A stretch of 64,000 bases of DNA from Azolla caroliniana (lineage: Eukaryota > Plantae > Polypodiophyta), in contig JBHGNT010000001.1 in NCBI GenBank assembly GCA_043228905.1, forward strand, positions 28,768,001-28,832,000, read 5' to 3'. Shown piece after piece: positions 37,162 to 48,170 of the stretch. The position numbers and the translations under genes were made by a program. The notes beneath the pieces were generated by a model, which was not told where the DNA came from, searched no databases, and saw only the letters and a program-made list of their open reading frames with translations. The first letter of the stretch is position 1. The number at the start of each line of letters is the position of its first letter.

Positions 37162-39636
37162 TTTTATCGGGGGATGCACTCTTTCAAAACAGAGTCTGTC
37201 TCCCTGCTCTTTCTTTCCTTGTCTCTACCAGTGGGTGTGGTGTGGTTCTGCTCTGCAGAGACAAAAGGGAAGGGCTCTTTTCTCTTCTCGCTTGATACGC
37301 AGAGATCGCCTAATGTCGGGATGGAGATACAATGAATAATACAGCAGGAAAGGTCATTCATTCATTGAGTACTAAATCGGCCACGAATGAATATATGGTT
37401 ATAAACTCTATATGTATCGCGCATATGCCTATATGAATATGTATTACAGATTTACATATACATATTACATATATATATATAAAGAGAACATAGTTGAGGT
37501 TGAGAACGCAAACGTAGAGAACACGCACTCTAGACCCTTCTGGCCCAAGTGGGCATGAATCATCATCACATGTGTCATATTATATATACCTTTGTGCATA
37601 TCATCTCGTGTCCATGGTCGATAAGTGGATGGCCGCATGGTGTCTCTCACATCCACCTCAACAAAGCATTCTAATCAATATGTCTCATACATATGGCAAT
37701 CCTGGCCAAGGCAGCCCATCCCGGTTTATCTGTATGTCTATGCATATAAGTTTATAATATAGGACATGCCCAACCCGAGGAGCAATTTATAAAGCTACCC
37801 CTTTGGGAGCAACTTTGTTCGGTGTGCATGATCATATAATTACATACATCAATGAAGTTCTATTTTTGTTATAAACAAGACATCTACATCGTTGACAAAT
37901 AGGTATATAGGAATTATTCTCAAATATTGAACAATTTCAAGTTAATTTCCAGCACACCTTTGTAAAATTCTCAATTGCCAATACAAATTCCTGATTTTCC
38001 CTTTCATTTTCTTCTTTTTCTATTCAATATTGTTCTTGGCTTCAACCCTTGACATCAACAAACAACTCCATTTGTTGCATCTAATTGGGATGATGTTTAA
38101 AGTCACTTTTGCTTTGTCCTTTAGATTATAATTAATGTGTTGCTAAGTCTATACGTGACAATGTTTAATACTAATAAAGTAAATGAATGATATTTAAAAA
38201 ATGATAAATATTATACATTTGTATTAATTAATAAGGCATAACCTTGTTCTTGAGATAAGCTTCTTATACATTTTCACAAAGCACTCATACCATGATCAGC
38301 TTGGTGCAAGCGTGTTGTCCTACAACTTAGAACAAATATAAGAACCTATGGCAACACGTTAGTTTTGGAGCTTCAAGTGTTCAACTATATGGGGGATAGC
38401 TACACTCTGGAACAAAGCCATAATGGCCTCAAATTATTCCAATTGTCCTACCTTTAAATCCATACAATTTAGCCTTTAGAATTTGTTCCTAAGACTATGC
38501 CCATAAAATGTGCACAATGATAAGAGGTTTGAGACACTTAACAAAGATTCATCGTAGGAGCCAAGAGAGCTGACATAGAGAGACACATCCCCATATTTGG
38601 GTTGAACATCACATTGTTTGCTTAAGTCTTATTGTATGTGACTACACATATGAATCAACTTTATGGATGACAATATAACATCAAATGCTATAAACAATTT
38701 TGTAAATCTACTACTAACATTTTTTTTTCCACGAATTAGCAAACCAATCAATTTATCAAAATTTAGAAACATTGCCAAGATCAAGGAAGAATCATGGTAA
38801 AGGTACGAAGTAACCAATGCCCATTAAACAAATTCACGAGATGGACATGTTTTGAGAAAGATGGATCTATATCTTTATAAAACATTGCTAAGAAGCAAAA
38901 AATTGTGGTAAGACGATACCTAAGATGTTTAAAGTTTAAACTATATAAACTAAAGAATGGAGAAAAAAACATTGGATCATGGAAGCAATAATTACTGGCA
39001 ATTAATTGTTATCGTTTCAACAACAACATTAGAGATGTAAGGCTAAACGCGTTATCATATATGTGCAACAAGAATAATTCTAACTAGCATGATTATTTAT
39101 TCAATAACTCAAGAAATTTGGCATCAATTAAAAGATTTCATATTCTAACCTCTATGTAAGCTGAAACCGACAACGAATGGTATGCAATGCCGGCTTTGTT
39201 AAATACGTCTTTTGAGAGAGTCCATTGAATCTAGCGTAAGGCTCAAATATGTAAATCATATTACGGTGTATAAAGTTGTGAAGCAGCACATCAATGAAAG
39301 ACACAATATATTAACCGTCGTGAAGAGGCCTAAATTTCCGATAAGGTAGGCTAAGAGAATGAACAACAAACGAGAGAGGTTATTCTCTTCTCATCTTTAG
39401 TTGATTGGTTCCCAATTTCATGAAAGAAGAATACCCCTTTACTTTTTTTCTTCTTCTTCTTTCGTAACAAGAAGGGCCCGCGACGTCGCTACCTGAGCCT
39501 ATTTCCATTTCTATATTTCAATAGCAGAGAATTAAACCTATTATCAGCATTTACTTCTCTCTTTTCGAAGCGTAATTATTATTATTGTTTAAATAAATAA
39601 ATAAAGCACAAAATGAGATTTTATATAACGGGAGCA

Positions 39637-39745
39637 GCACGCGTGCCCTGGCTGACGTCAGCAAAACCCAAGCGGGCGCCTCCCATTGGCCCAACGCTGG
39701 CCCTATGACGTCACAACCAACACCTTCTATCACCTCATGACGTCA
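39637..39745 (+). promoter_or_regulatory. Cluster of three perfect TGACGTCA palindromes plus GCACGCGTGC in the proximal promoter of the homeobox gene
   Basis: GCTGACGTCAGC at 39651-39662, TGACGTCA at 39706-39713 and 39738-39745, GCACGCGTGC at 39637-39646. A pyrimidine-rich 5' UTR-like tract follows. Confidence 0.6.
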
Positions 39746-40323
39746 TTGTCGCAACCCCCCCCTTCTCTCCTTTTTCTTCATCATCTTCCATCTTCATTCT
39801 TGCTATTCGTTCTTTCCCTCTGATTCTTCTTCTGAGGAGAGCTGGATCTTGCAGAGAGAGCGATGGAGATGAAATATCGCAGGTCTGTCTGTCTGTCTTT
39901 ACTTTCTTTACATTTCTATACGCATGCCAAAGACTCTTCAGCGTTCTGCGTAATTATCTCCTGGAGGTAGTTCTTTCCCTCATCGTTGTATTGATCACGA
40001 TCCGTCAGCTTCTGGTACAACATCCCTGCATGCTGTAAAAGCTTCTCACCTTCTGTCTCATTTTCCCTGTAACAGCGATATAATTAGAGCACAATAAGTA
40101 GCCACAGTCTTATCATCAGAAAGGTCACGATTTCATCTCTGCTTATTATCGATGTTTTGTTCCAAAAGACAAGCCCAACATGTGCATAATAAGCTGCAAC
40201 AGAACTTGAATCAGGTAGGTCTTATGTACTGATCGGAAAATTCTGAGCTGTAAGTCCGATCTCTCCGTCCTGCTGTCTGTCTCTGGTTTCAAGTTTCGTC
40301 TTCATTCCGTGGCAGCTCACATC

Positions 40324-43205
40324 ATGACGTTTTACAAGTTCAAAGGACTCGATACAGGACGTATTACTTGTCACTTGGAATCTCATTCTGATTCCGAAAT
40401 CCAAGCTCTCAATGGCAATACCACTAACTGCCGTCAAACAGGATTCAAGATCAAAGAGACCACCACGGCCGCCATCACTGATCATCGTGAACATGATAAC
40501 CTTCGCTTGGACTCTCTTTCTGATAATTCAGGTTTTAAAATCTTTCGTTACTAGTTAGAACTGAAAGTATCTGTGATAGATCGGTCATGGATTAATATCC
40601 ACGTAGTTCCTTATTGATTTTGAGATGTGGCCAGGACTGTTTGGTGTCGATGGATGTATAGCCACCGATACTATGACGACAAAAAGAATACGTTCACTCG
40701 GGAGGACTAGCTGTATTCCTCCTGCAATGTCCAGCACTAGCTGTCTTGATTCTTCTAGATCTGATCAGACATATCATAATCTGAAACTTTGCACGGCATC
40801 AGGTGCACGTTTAACCATCAGATACAAAAAACATCGGCCAGAGCCTACTCATGACCACAATCTCAAAACGCCTGCAGATTATTTCTGCATGAGCGCAGCT
40901 GACAACTCCACATTTAGCACAGCAGCAGCTATAATAAGTTGTCACAACACAGCTAACAGTCAGTTATCGAGTGAGTTTAACGAAAGCTCAATATACAATA
41001 CCTGCACTGATCCTGTTGAAACCTCTGGTCATATCAATCCTGTTGCTGCGGTCTCTGAGGCCAAATCATCCTCACAGGATTTCGGAAATCTGTCAAAAAG
41101 CCAATGCGTTGCTATACTACCAGAGGCGTCTGCTTGCACTGACGATCCGCTGGCCAGCATGATGATGGATGGCGAAGCTGCGCCACACCTCATTAACATT
41201 GATCATGAGCAGGAATATTGTCAACATTTAATTAGTTGGCCATTGACTATTGCAGATGATGTGAGCAGTTGTAGTTCAGCCTGCGGCTCAAATAGAGATC
41301 TAATTCCACAGTTTAATGGTTTAGAAGCTTGCACAGACCTTCCACAACATCATGTACCCGCTGAATATAGTGGCAGCTGGAAGAACCTCTGTGACAATCT
41401 AGGAGAGTCTATAGAAGATAAAAACATAATTGATCCCCGTTCTTCTCCGTATATTTATGTTGATCCTGCTGGGAACTATGACATTAATTATATGGAGCAG
41501 ATAAACTGTTTCCATGACCTGGTTGATCATGACATATTCAGCCACGACGCAGATGGGGATGTTCCAGGAGTTTCATTTCTACGCTCTGATGGGATGTTTA
41601 TTGAGAAGCAGGCGGACATCTGGTCAATTTACAGGCCTGAATTGGATGCACAGATTGAGATGTTAAACCGGAACCTCCCAGATACTCTAGCACGTCTTCA
41701 AGAACTACCAGGCACCGCTTCTGCTGATGCCACTGTTGATGTATCTGCTGATGAAGCCACAGTTTCTAACTACTTTCATGAAGACCAATATCTGTGCTTG
41801 GAGGTTGATCAGACATACCCGGAGCAGAATATGCGAGATGTGCCCGACATGAGTTCCTTCGCTCAGAGTTCATGGACTGCTTTCTTTGAATTAGATCATC
41901 CAGCAGCACCTCCTTGCTGCCAATTAGAACAAACACATGACAATGGAGATCAACCACCATTGAAGAAGTTGCAGGAAGTTTTACAATATAGCACTAGGCA
42001 AGACTCCTTCAGTGATAATTTATCACTAGTCACGTGCTCCGCCAATATCCAGTCAGATAGTACTGCATCTGGCCGTGCTATAGCCATAACGAATAAATGC
42101 AAGAAGTTGAGAAAGAAAAGGAAACGAAGAATTAGTCCATTGCCTAGTAACATAGTACAATGCCTGTTGTCAAGTGGAGATCATCAATGTATTCATGTGA
42201 GCCAAGCGGTCACGACTGATCGTGATCCCCCAACCCCTGTTGATAATCATCAATATGGCGGCCAGCCACCTCTGGATGCAGCGCGGGTGCTCCTGCGCTC
42301 TAGTCCAAGAAAGATAAGGTGCGCCAGCAAGGGCTTGATGAGGACTAATACGAATACAAATCATTATAAGGAGCAGAATGGTGTGGGCATCAGCCATAGT
42401 ATATTAAGCACGACATCGAATGATCCCGCTGACTCCAGCTGCTTCTGCTGCCTACAGACGGTTCAGCAGCTGCCAGTAGCTCATGTGGACGAGGCCCACA
42501 CTCTATTAGACGGTATACCAATGTCTAGTAATTCCGACAGTGGACGCTCTATTCACGCAGATACTTCCTGTAGTAGGGCCAAGAGATCTTCTACCCAGCA
42601 ACATGGCACTTACCGCAAAAATGTTCACGAGATGATTGCCGGCGATAATATTTACAGTCATGGAGATGCTTTAACGTCGGCAGGACAGCCAGCTGATAAC
42701 CTGAAACATCGAAGAAGAAGCAGGAGCTCAGGATTGAAAAGAAAGAAGGCGATCAGCTGTACTAGTACAGTAGCTGATAATCGATGTGAGTCATATAACA
42801 ACATTAAAATGGCACCACCCCGAGCTTCTTCATCTTCGTTGCTTCCAGAGGCCGCAGTGACTGCCATGCGCAATTGGTTTGAAGAGCACATGGATTTCCC
42901 ATTTGCAGATAAGGACCAAAAGCGCGACCTGGTTTCGGTTACTGGATTGACACTTTCGCAGGTCTGCCCTACCTGTGGTATTCTCATAGAGGATCTATTA
43001 ATCCGATATATGGTGTTTAGTTGTAAGTTCGGATCCACCATGAATTTCTAGTTAAGTTACTGCTTATTAATTTCCTTGTGACCTCCCGTTATAGGTGGAG
43101 AATTGGCTGTCGAACTACAGACACAGACTAAAGATCAAGAAAACGGATTTCCTGCAAGGAAGAGTGGTCGGTAGTTTTAATATGTATGCGAAACTGACAA
43201 ATTGA
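40324..43205 (+). CDS. Divergent TALE-class homeodomain protein (BELL-related), ~881 aa; 5' end uncertain
   Basis: Exons 40324(acceptor 40316)-40531, 40635-42961 and 43095-43205 join in frame. The C-terminal homeodomain reads LLPEAAVTAMRNWFEEHMDFPFADKDQKRDLVSVTGLTLSQ|VENWLSNYRHRLK, with an intron at Q|V. Basic NLS-like stretches KKLRKKRKRR and KHRRRSR are present. Confidence 0.78.
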
Positions 43206-44549
43206 CAAGGATTTAAAGTAGTGCGACACAGAGTTAAATCTGCAGTAATATAGTCCCTGCCGTTTCATTCATCATGATCTCCACCACAATAAAGTCGATG
43301 GCTCAGTCCATACTTTTCACCGATGATCATTCTTTCATTCTCTTTGAACAGAAGTATTGAAGACAAAATGCAGCGTATTTTCTAGTTTACTAAAACCTGG
43401 TTGTACTTAACCTCCATTTTGTCCCCCCCCAAAAAAAAAAAAAAAAAACAAAACACACACACAATTCTTCTTCTTTTTTCATGATGATATATACATATAA
43501 TGACAGCTGTTCTTCTTCTTCATTGGTCATATAATCATCTGAGAAATGTGAAGTGTGTGTGTTCTTCTTCTTTGTATTCTTGGTCATGTGAAGCTGCCAC
43601 CCATTAATGTTCTCCGAGAGACAAAATATGGCATCTTTTAAATTGTGAGGGTATACACTCCATTTTCTGTTTGAAAAATAACGAAGAGAACGTTGACGCC
43701 CACATTATAAATAGATGGATATGCATATAAAGTTTGAACAATATACCCTTTGAGTTGGCCACCGAATCACTTCCAATATCACATATAATGCTGCTTCTTC
43801 AGATGTAACCCGACACATGCGTTGCCTCGTTCGAACTTCCAAATGTACTTGTATGCTGAGGGAAGATAGACGATTGGAAATTTGACCAGTATTCCAGCTG
43901 TAGGTTACACCGTGGTGGGTAAAAGAATGAAATTACAGGGAATCTCATCGATTAAAGCTAGATCAACCTGAGCTCTAGATTAAGAACGCGTTGAGTCCAG
44001 ACTCCAGACTATAGAAATTATGCACTCTCTGAGTTTAGAAAGAAAAATCTTCAGACCTATCGGATATGCAGAAAACTAACTTATCTTATTGGGGCCGAAA
44101 TGAAGATTCCACTAAAGTGTTATGGAAAAGTTGATAAAAAAGCACGTGCGAATTACTAATGAGTGTGAAACTTCATGGATTTAATAAAACGAAAAACGAA
44201 TGGTAGATGATTCAGGAAGTTACTGTGGTTGTGAATGATGTGTTGGGTAAGCAAAAGGCTCCCAATGCTCATGATCAACAGAAGGGTATTAAGGGCACAA
44301 AGAACATTTCAAATTTCTTTACTAGAAGCTCAAGGACGAACGATTTGCCTTTGAATAACGAATCACTAACTACTAAGAGGAATCATTACATGTTAGAAAA
44401 AGAAGTAGAGTAAAGGAAAATTGCTAACTTACGAAGCTATGAAACGTGAGACCTCTTTCCCCCCTTTACAAAAAACAAACAAGGCAATTGAAATACACTT
44501 CCTATCCCCCATATGTTTCATCTACACTTTTGGTTCATTTAATCAATGA

Positions 44550-45147
44550 TACATTGAACCGATGTGCTTTGGGAATGACATTCAAAACGTCTAAAAATAT
44601 CAACAATATATTCATCCGAATGTCCCATCGAATATGGTGGGGGGTTGGCCGCTTGTTGCAATTTTGCTAGGTGCAAGGCTCAATCAAGTGGGGAAATATA
44701 TGTTGGCTATCATGGCAGGCCGCAATTGGCAGATACGAGCATCAGGAGGGGATGACTTTGGTGATAAAAGCACAAGAGGTCATTTTCTCCTCTAGCGGCA
44801 ATGTCCACTCCACTCCTCTTAATGACAAATCACAAGAGGTGTTGGAATTGGTCAACCCAATAACCCTTTGGATTCTATGGAGACAACGATGTAGGCGAGT
44901 CTTCTCCAACCAAACCGCGCATCCAACAAGGTTACTGCAAGAGATATGGAGTGAAATTGTAGCCACTCTGAAGAGACAACGAATAGCCTTCATCCAACAA
45001 TGGTCGTCCTCTCCCTTTCTTGAGTCAGTGGGCATCCACATAAGATGGAACTATTGCGTCCCTTCAGGGATTTGTGCATAATCGTCTCATTTGTAAAAAT
45101 TATAACGAATGGAAGGAGTTTTTTTTTTGGAAAAAAGAAAAGAAAAA
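44550..45147 (+). mobile_element. 5'-truncated, decayed L1-like LINE related to the element at 1-1221
   Basis: SHRIWWGVGRLLQFC*VQGSIKWG..ITLWILWRQRCRRVF..EIWSEI..W...P..RWNY aligns by eye with ORF 32-1036. There is an in-frame stop at 44668-44670 and an A-rich tail at 45131-45147. The 5' boundary is approximate. Confidence 0.78.
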
Positions 45148-45945
45148 CATTGTCGAGGATTAGAGAAGACGTATTCATTTTGTCTTGCAAACATGATATA
45201 TGAAGTTGTTGATAAGGAAATTGACTTTGCTACTCTTTGGAATCTAGTCATCATGGGTGTGGATTAGTCTTATGAGACTCGAGTCGTTGGCTTTGTGGCA
45301 AGTTTAAGGATTGACCATTGTGGAACACTTTCCTACGTTAGATTTCACTATTTCGTACAACTACTTATATTAGGAATTTGAAAGTTCGTGTTAATGTCAT
45401 GTGGCATGCATAGATGCATGTATTTTTCTTGATATTTGTGTTAACATAATCACATTCTTTTCTATGGAAAATATATATTATGTCTTTGGTAGATAGGAAC
45501 CGAATTGTCTCACGGCATTTTGAAAGGTAGAACATTTGTCAACATATATATGAATTAAATAATATCAATAGTTCGACCTCGACTTTACATCTTAATACAT
45601 CATGTATATTGCAATAATAAGTGATTATTTATTTTGTGTGAAGAGGTTAGCCATCTTCGTAAGTAGCATTTGATAAACTCAAAAACTTACAAATGTTTCG
45701 TACAAACTCGTTTTCAGGCTTGATATCCTTGTTAAAATTTTAATTCTGTTGTTTGAGGAAAATATTTGATTTGTATACGACACGTAAAGTTTTTACAATA
45801 TAATTGAGAATGATACCAATAGCCCCTTTGTCCGACATGGTATGAGTTGACGTTTGGCAAATTGCCCCAAAACAACTATGCGTAGCACCATTTTTGACAA
45901 ATTTATGGAACATTCATTCTAGACGTAATCATAGACCTCACGCAA

Positions 45946-46072
45946 GCTTTTCAATTCCGTTTTCATTTCTCGGCTTCAATGTCTCCAAATCTTGTTATGA
46001 AAAAAATGTGGCTTTTCAATTCCATTTTCCTTTCTCGGCTTCGATGTCTCTGAATCTTGTTATGAAAAAAAA
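45946..46072. repeat. Tandem duplication, period 65 bp
   Basis: GCTTTTCAATTCC..TTTCTCGGCTTC.ATGTCTC..AATCTTGTTATGAAAAAAA occurs twice (starting at 45946 and 46011). Confidence 0.85.
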
Positions 46073-47161
46073 CTAGGTGGTCTAGTTGGCCATACTTCTC
46101 TCGACTTCTTTGCACCAAGCTTTTTCTCTTTCTAAACTCACATCTACATGGCATCACACACACACATACTCTCCTTCAAAAAGGTGTTCGTGAAACCCCC
46201 AACACTTGCTTGCATATCTTCTCCTCATGTATAAACATACTCTCTCTCTCTACACAAAATATTTATATTCAATGTTATTCTCAAAGTGTTTTCATACTGA
46301 CGCATTAATAGTGGTGGATGAGGTGTGCATACAAGAACCAAGCTTCAAAAGTTGGGGAAAGAATATCTATCGAGTGGGATGTCATCAAAATTTTTAATAT
46401 CCAAAAGCTAGAGGCAGATAAAAATCTCTCTACGACGAGAGTGGGCTCCATAAAGAATCTCGTTCTCCTTTTTCTTCACTTCCTTTAAAATCACAAATAT
46501 GTGGCATCCTCTCATCCTATGTGTATCTGTGCATATTTGTTACTAGTCATTATTTGTTTAGATCATCTTATATTATTTATACCTAGATATTATTGTGAGG
46601 TTACAATGGCCTATATATTGCATCATGTTGTGTGGATGACGAGATTATGATATTTTTGGACTTGCTCATCGATTCGTGGTTTGCATTAAAAAAATATAAT
46701 CAAAAAGTGAAGATCAATGTGATCACCACATTCGGCGCTCATAGGTTTCGACTTTTTCATTCTCGTAAATCCACGAAACCAAGGCACTCAATGTTTCTCA
46801 ATAGGACCCCAGACGATAACATGGGTTGACTGAGAGCCTCACATGTAACAAATACCGCAAAGCATGGGTTATGATCATGTGGGGAGTGAACATCCAACGG
46901 TCCACGTATGCACCATCGAGCGAGCGCTTCCAAGCGAGGAGGGGTGGTTTAAGGCAGTGGGTATGACGTGTAGTAGGCTCTCTCAAACGATCGAGTCAAG
47001 GGGGCGATCAAAGTATATCTCTATATACATACATATATTATGAGCGAAACGAAAAAACGAAAGGAAAGGGGAGGAGGAGTGCACAACACACACACAAAGA
47101 GAAATCAACAAGCAATATAAATAAACACATATGTAGTATAATAATAATGTTGGTTCAAAAT

Positions 47162-47523
47162 AAATATCTGGACGAAGGGATGGGTGGTGGTGGATGGATT
47201 TCCAAAGGTTTTTAAAATTGAGATATGTACAAAAAAAGAAAAAGGAGACCCCAACACACCTCCGCTAAAAAAAACAAAAAAATCTAAGCCACATCCCCAA
47301 CCTAACAACTTTCTCTCTCTCTCTCTCTCTCTAGTGCCCACACACACACACATACACGTGGACGGGTGGGGACCACCAACACAACAGACACAGGCACACA
47401 GATACAGAGAAGAGAGTGATGAGGAGGAGGATCGCTCATAGCCTTGCTTTTGATTCTCCCTCCTCTCCCAGCCTCCCATATCATGCCTACGTGGCATCCA
47501 TCCATCCTACGTGGCATCCATCC
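47162..47523 (+). promoter_or_regulatory. Clock/light-type motifs upstream of the PRR gene (evening-element core, CBS, G-boxes)
   Basis: AAATATCT at 47162-47169, AAAAATCT at 47278-47285 (also 46420-46427), CACGTG at 47355-47360, and a duplicated CCTACGTGGCATCCATCC at 47486-47503 and 47506-47523. Confidence 0.5.
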
Positions 47524-47539
47524 CCCCATCCCCCCCCCC

Positions 47540-47780
47540 CTCTCTCTCTCTCTTTCTTTTCTTTCTATCTTTCTGAGGAACCCTAACCCTAACTCGTGCT
47601 TATCCATCTCTCTCTCTCTCTCTCCCCCGTTTCTTTCTTTCTGTAGAAACCTAACCCTAACCCTAACCCTAACTCGTGCTTATCCATCTCTCTCTCTCTC
47701 TCTCCCCCGTTTCTTTCTTTCTGTAGAAACCTAACCCTAACCCTAGCCCTAACCCTAACCCTAACTCGTGCTTCTCCATC
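47540..47780. repeat. Triplicated ~80-93 bp unit containing (CT)n and (CCCTAA)n telomere-like repeats
   Basis: The anchor AACTCGTGCT occurs at 47591, 47671 and 47764, each time preceded by 2-5 CCCTAA-type units. Confidence 0.88.
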
Positions 47781-48170
47781 GCCATACCCATCTCCATCGC
47801 TGTCTTCACTCCCTCCACCCCCATCCCCCATCCCTCTCTGCAACATTAAGCGTAACTCGTGATTCTCCATCCCCCTCTCTCTCAGCCTTTCTCTTCCTTC
47901 CTTCCTTTTCTCTGTCGTGTTAACCCCAATCCTCACGCCTTCCTTCATTCCATCCTTCTCTCTCAGCTCTTCTTCTTCTTCCTCCTCCTCCTTTTTCTCT
48001 GTGTCAAACCACCCTCACTCCTCTGTCAAATCTTGACTCTTGCCCCACACAAACGACCTTCCGTCCTCCTTCTAGTTTTCCTCTCTCTCCATCTCTCTCC
48101 TGTATATCTTGCACATGCCATGGCCACCTTGCTTTCTGATCTCCTACTACTATAATTAAAGATACAATCT

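Noticed and set aside
40076-40180. Faint KNOX1-like peptide (IRAQISSH..Y....AY..C) upstream of the homeobox ORF
   Set aside because: It needs two assumed frameshifts in ~30 codons and matches few residues, so it cannot be distinguished from chance without an HMM search.
47579-47766. Telomere or chromosome end
   Set aside because: Only 2-5 hexamers per block, embedded between genes; treated as an interstitial or promoter repeat.
47105-48155. ORFs with LTLTLT/RVRVRV and SLSL runs
   Set aside because: These are translations of (CCCTAA)n and (CT)n repeats in the PRR upstream region.
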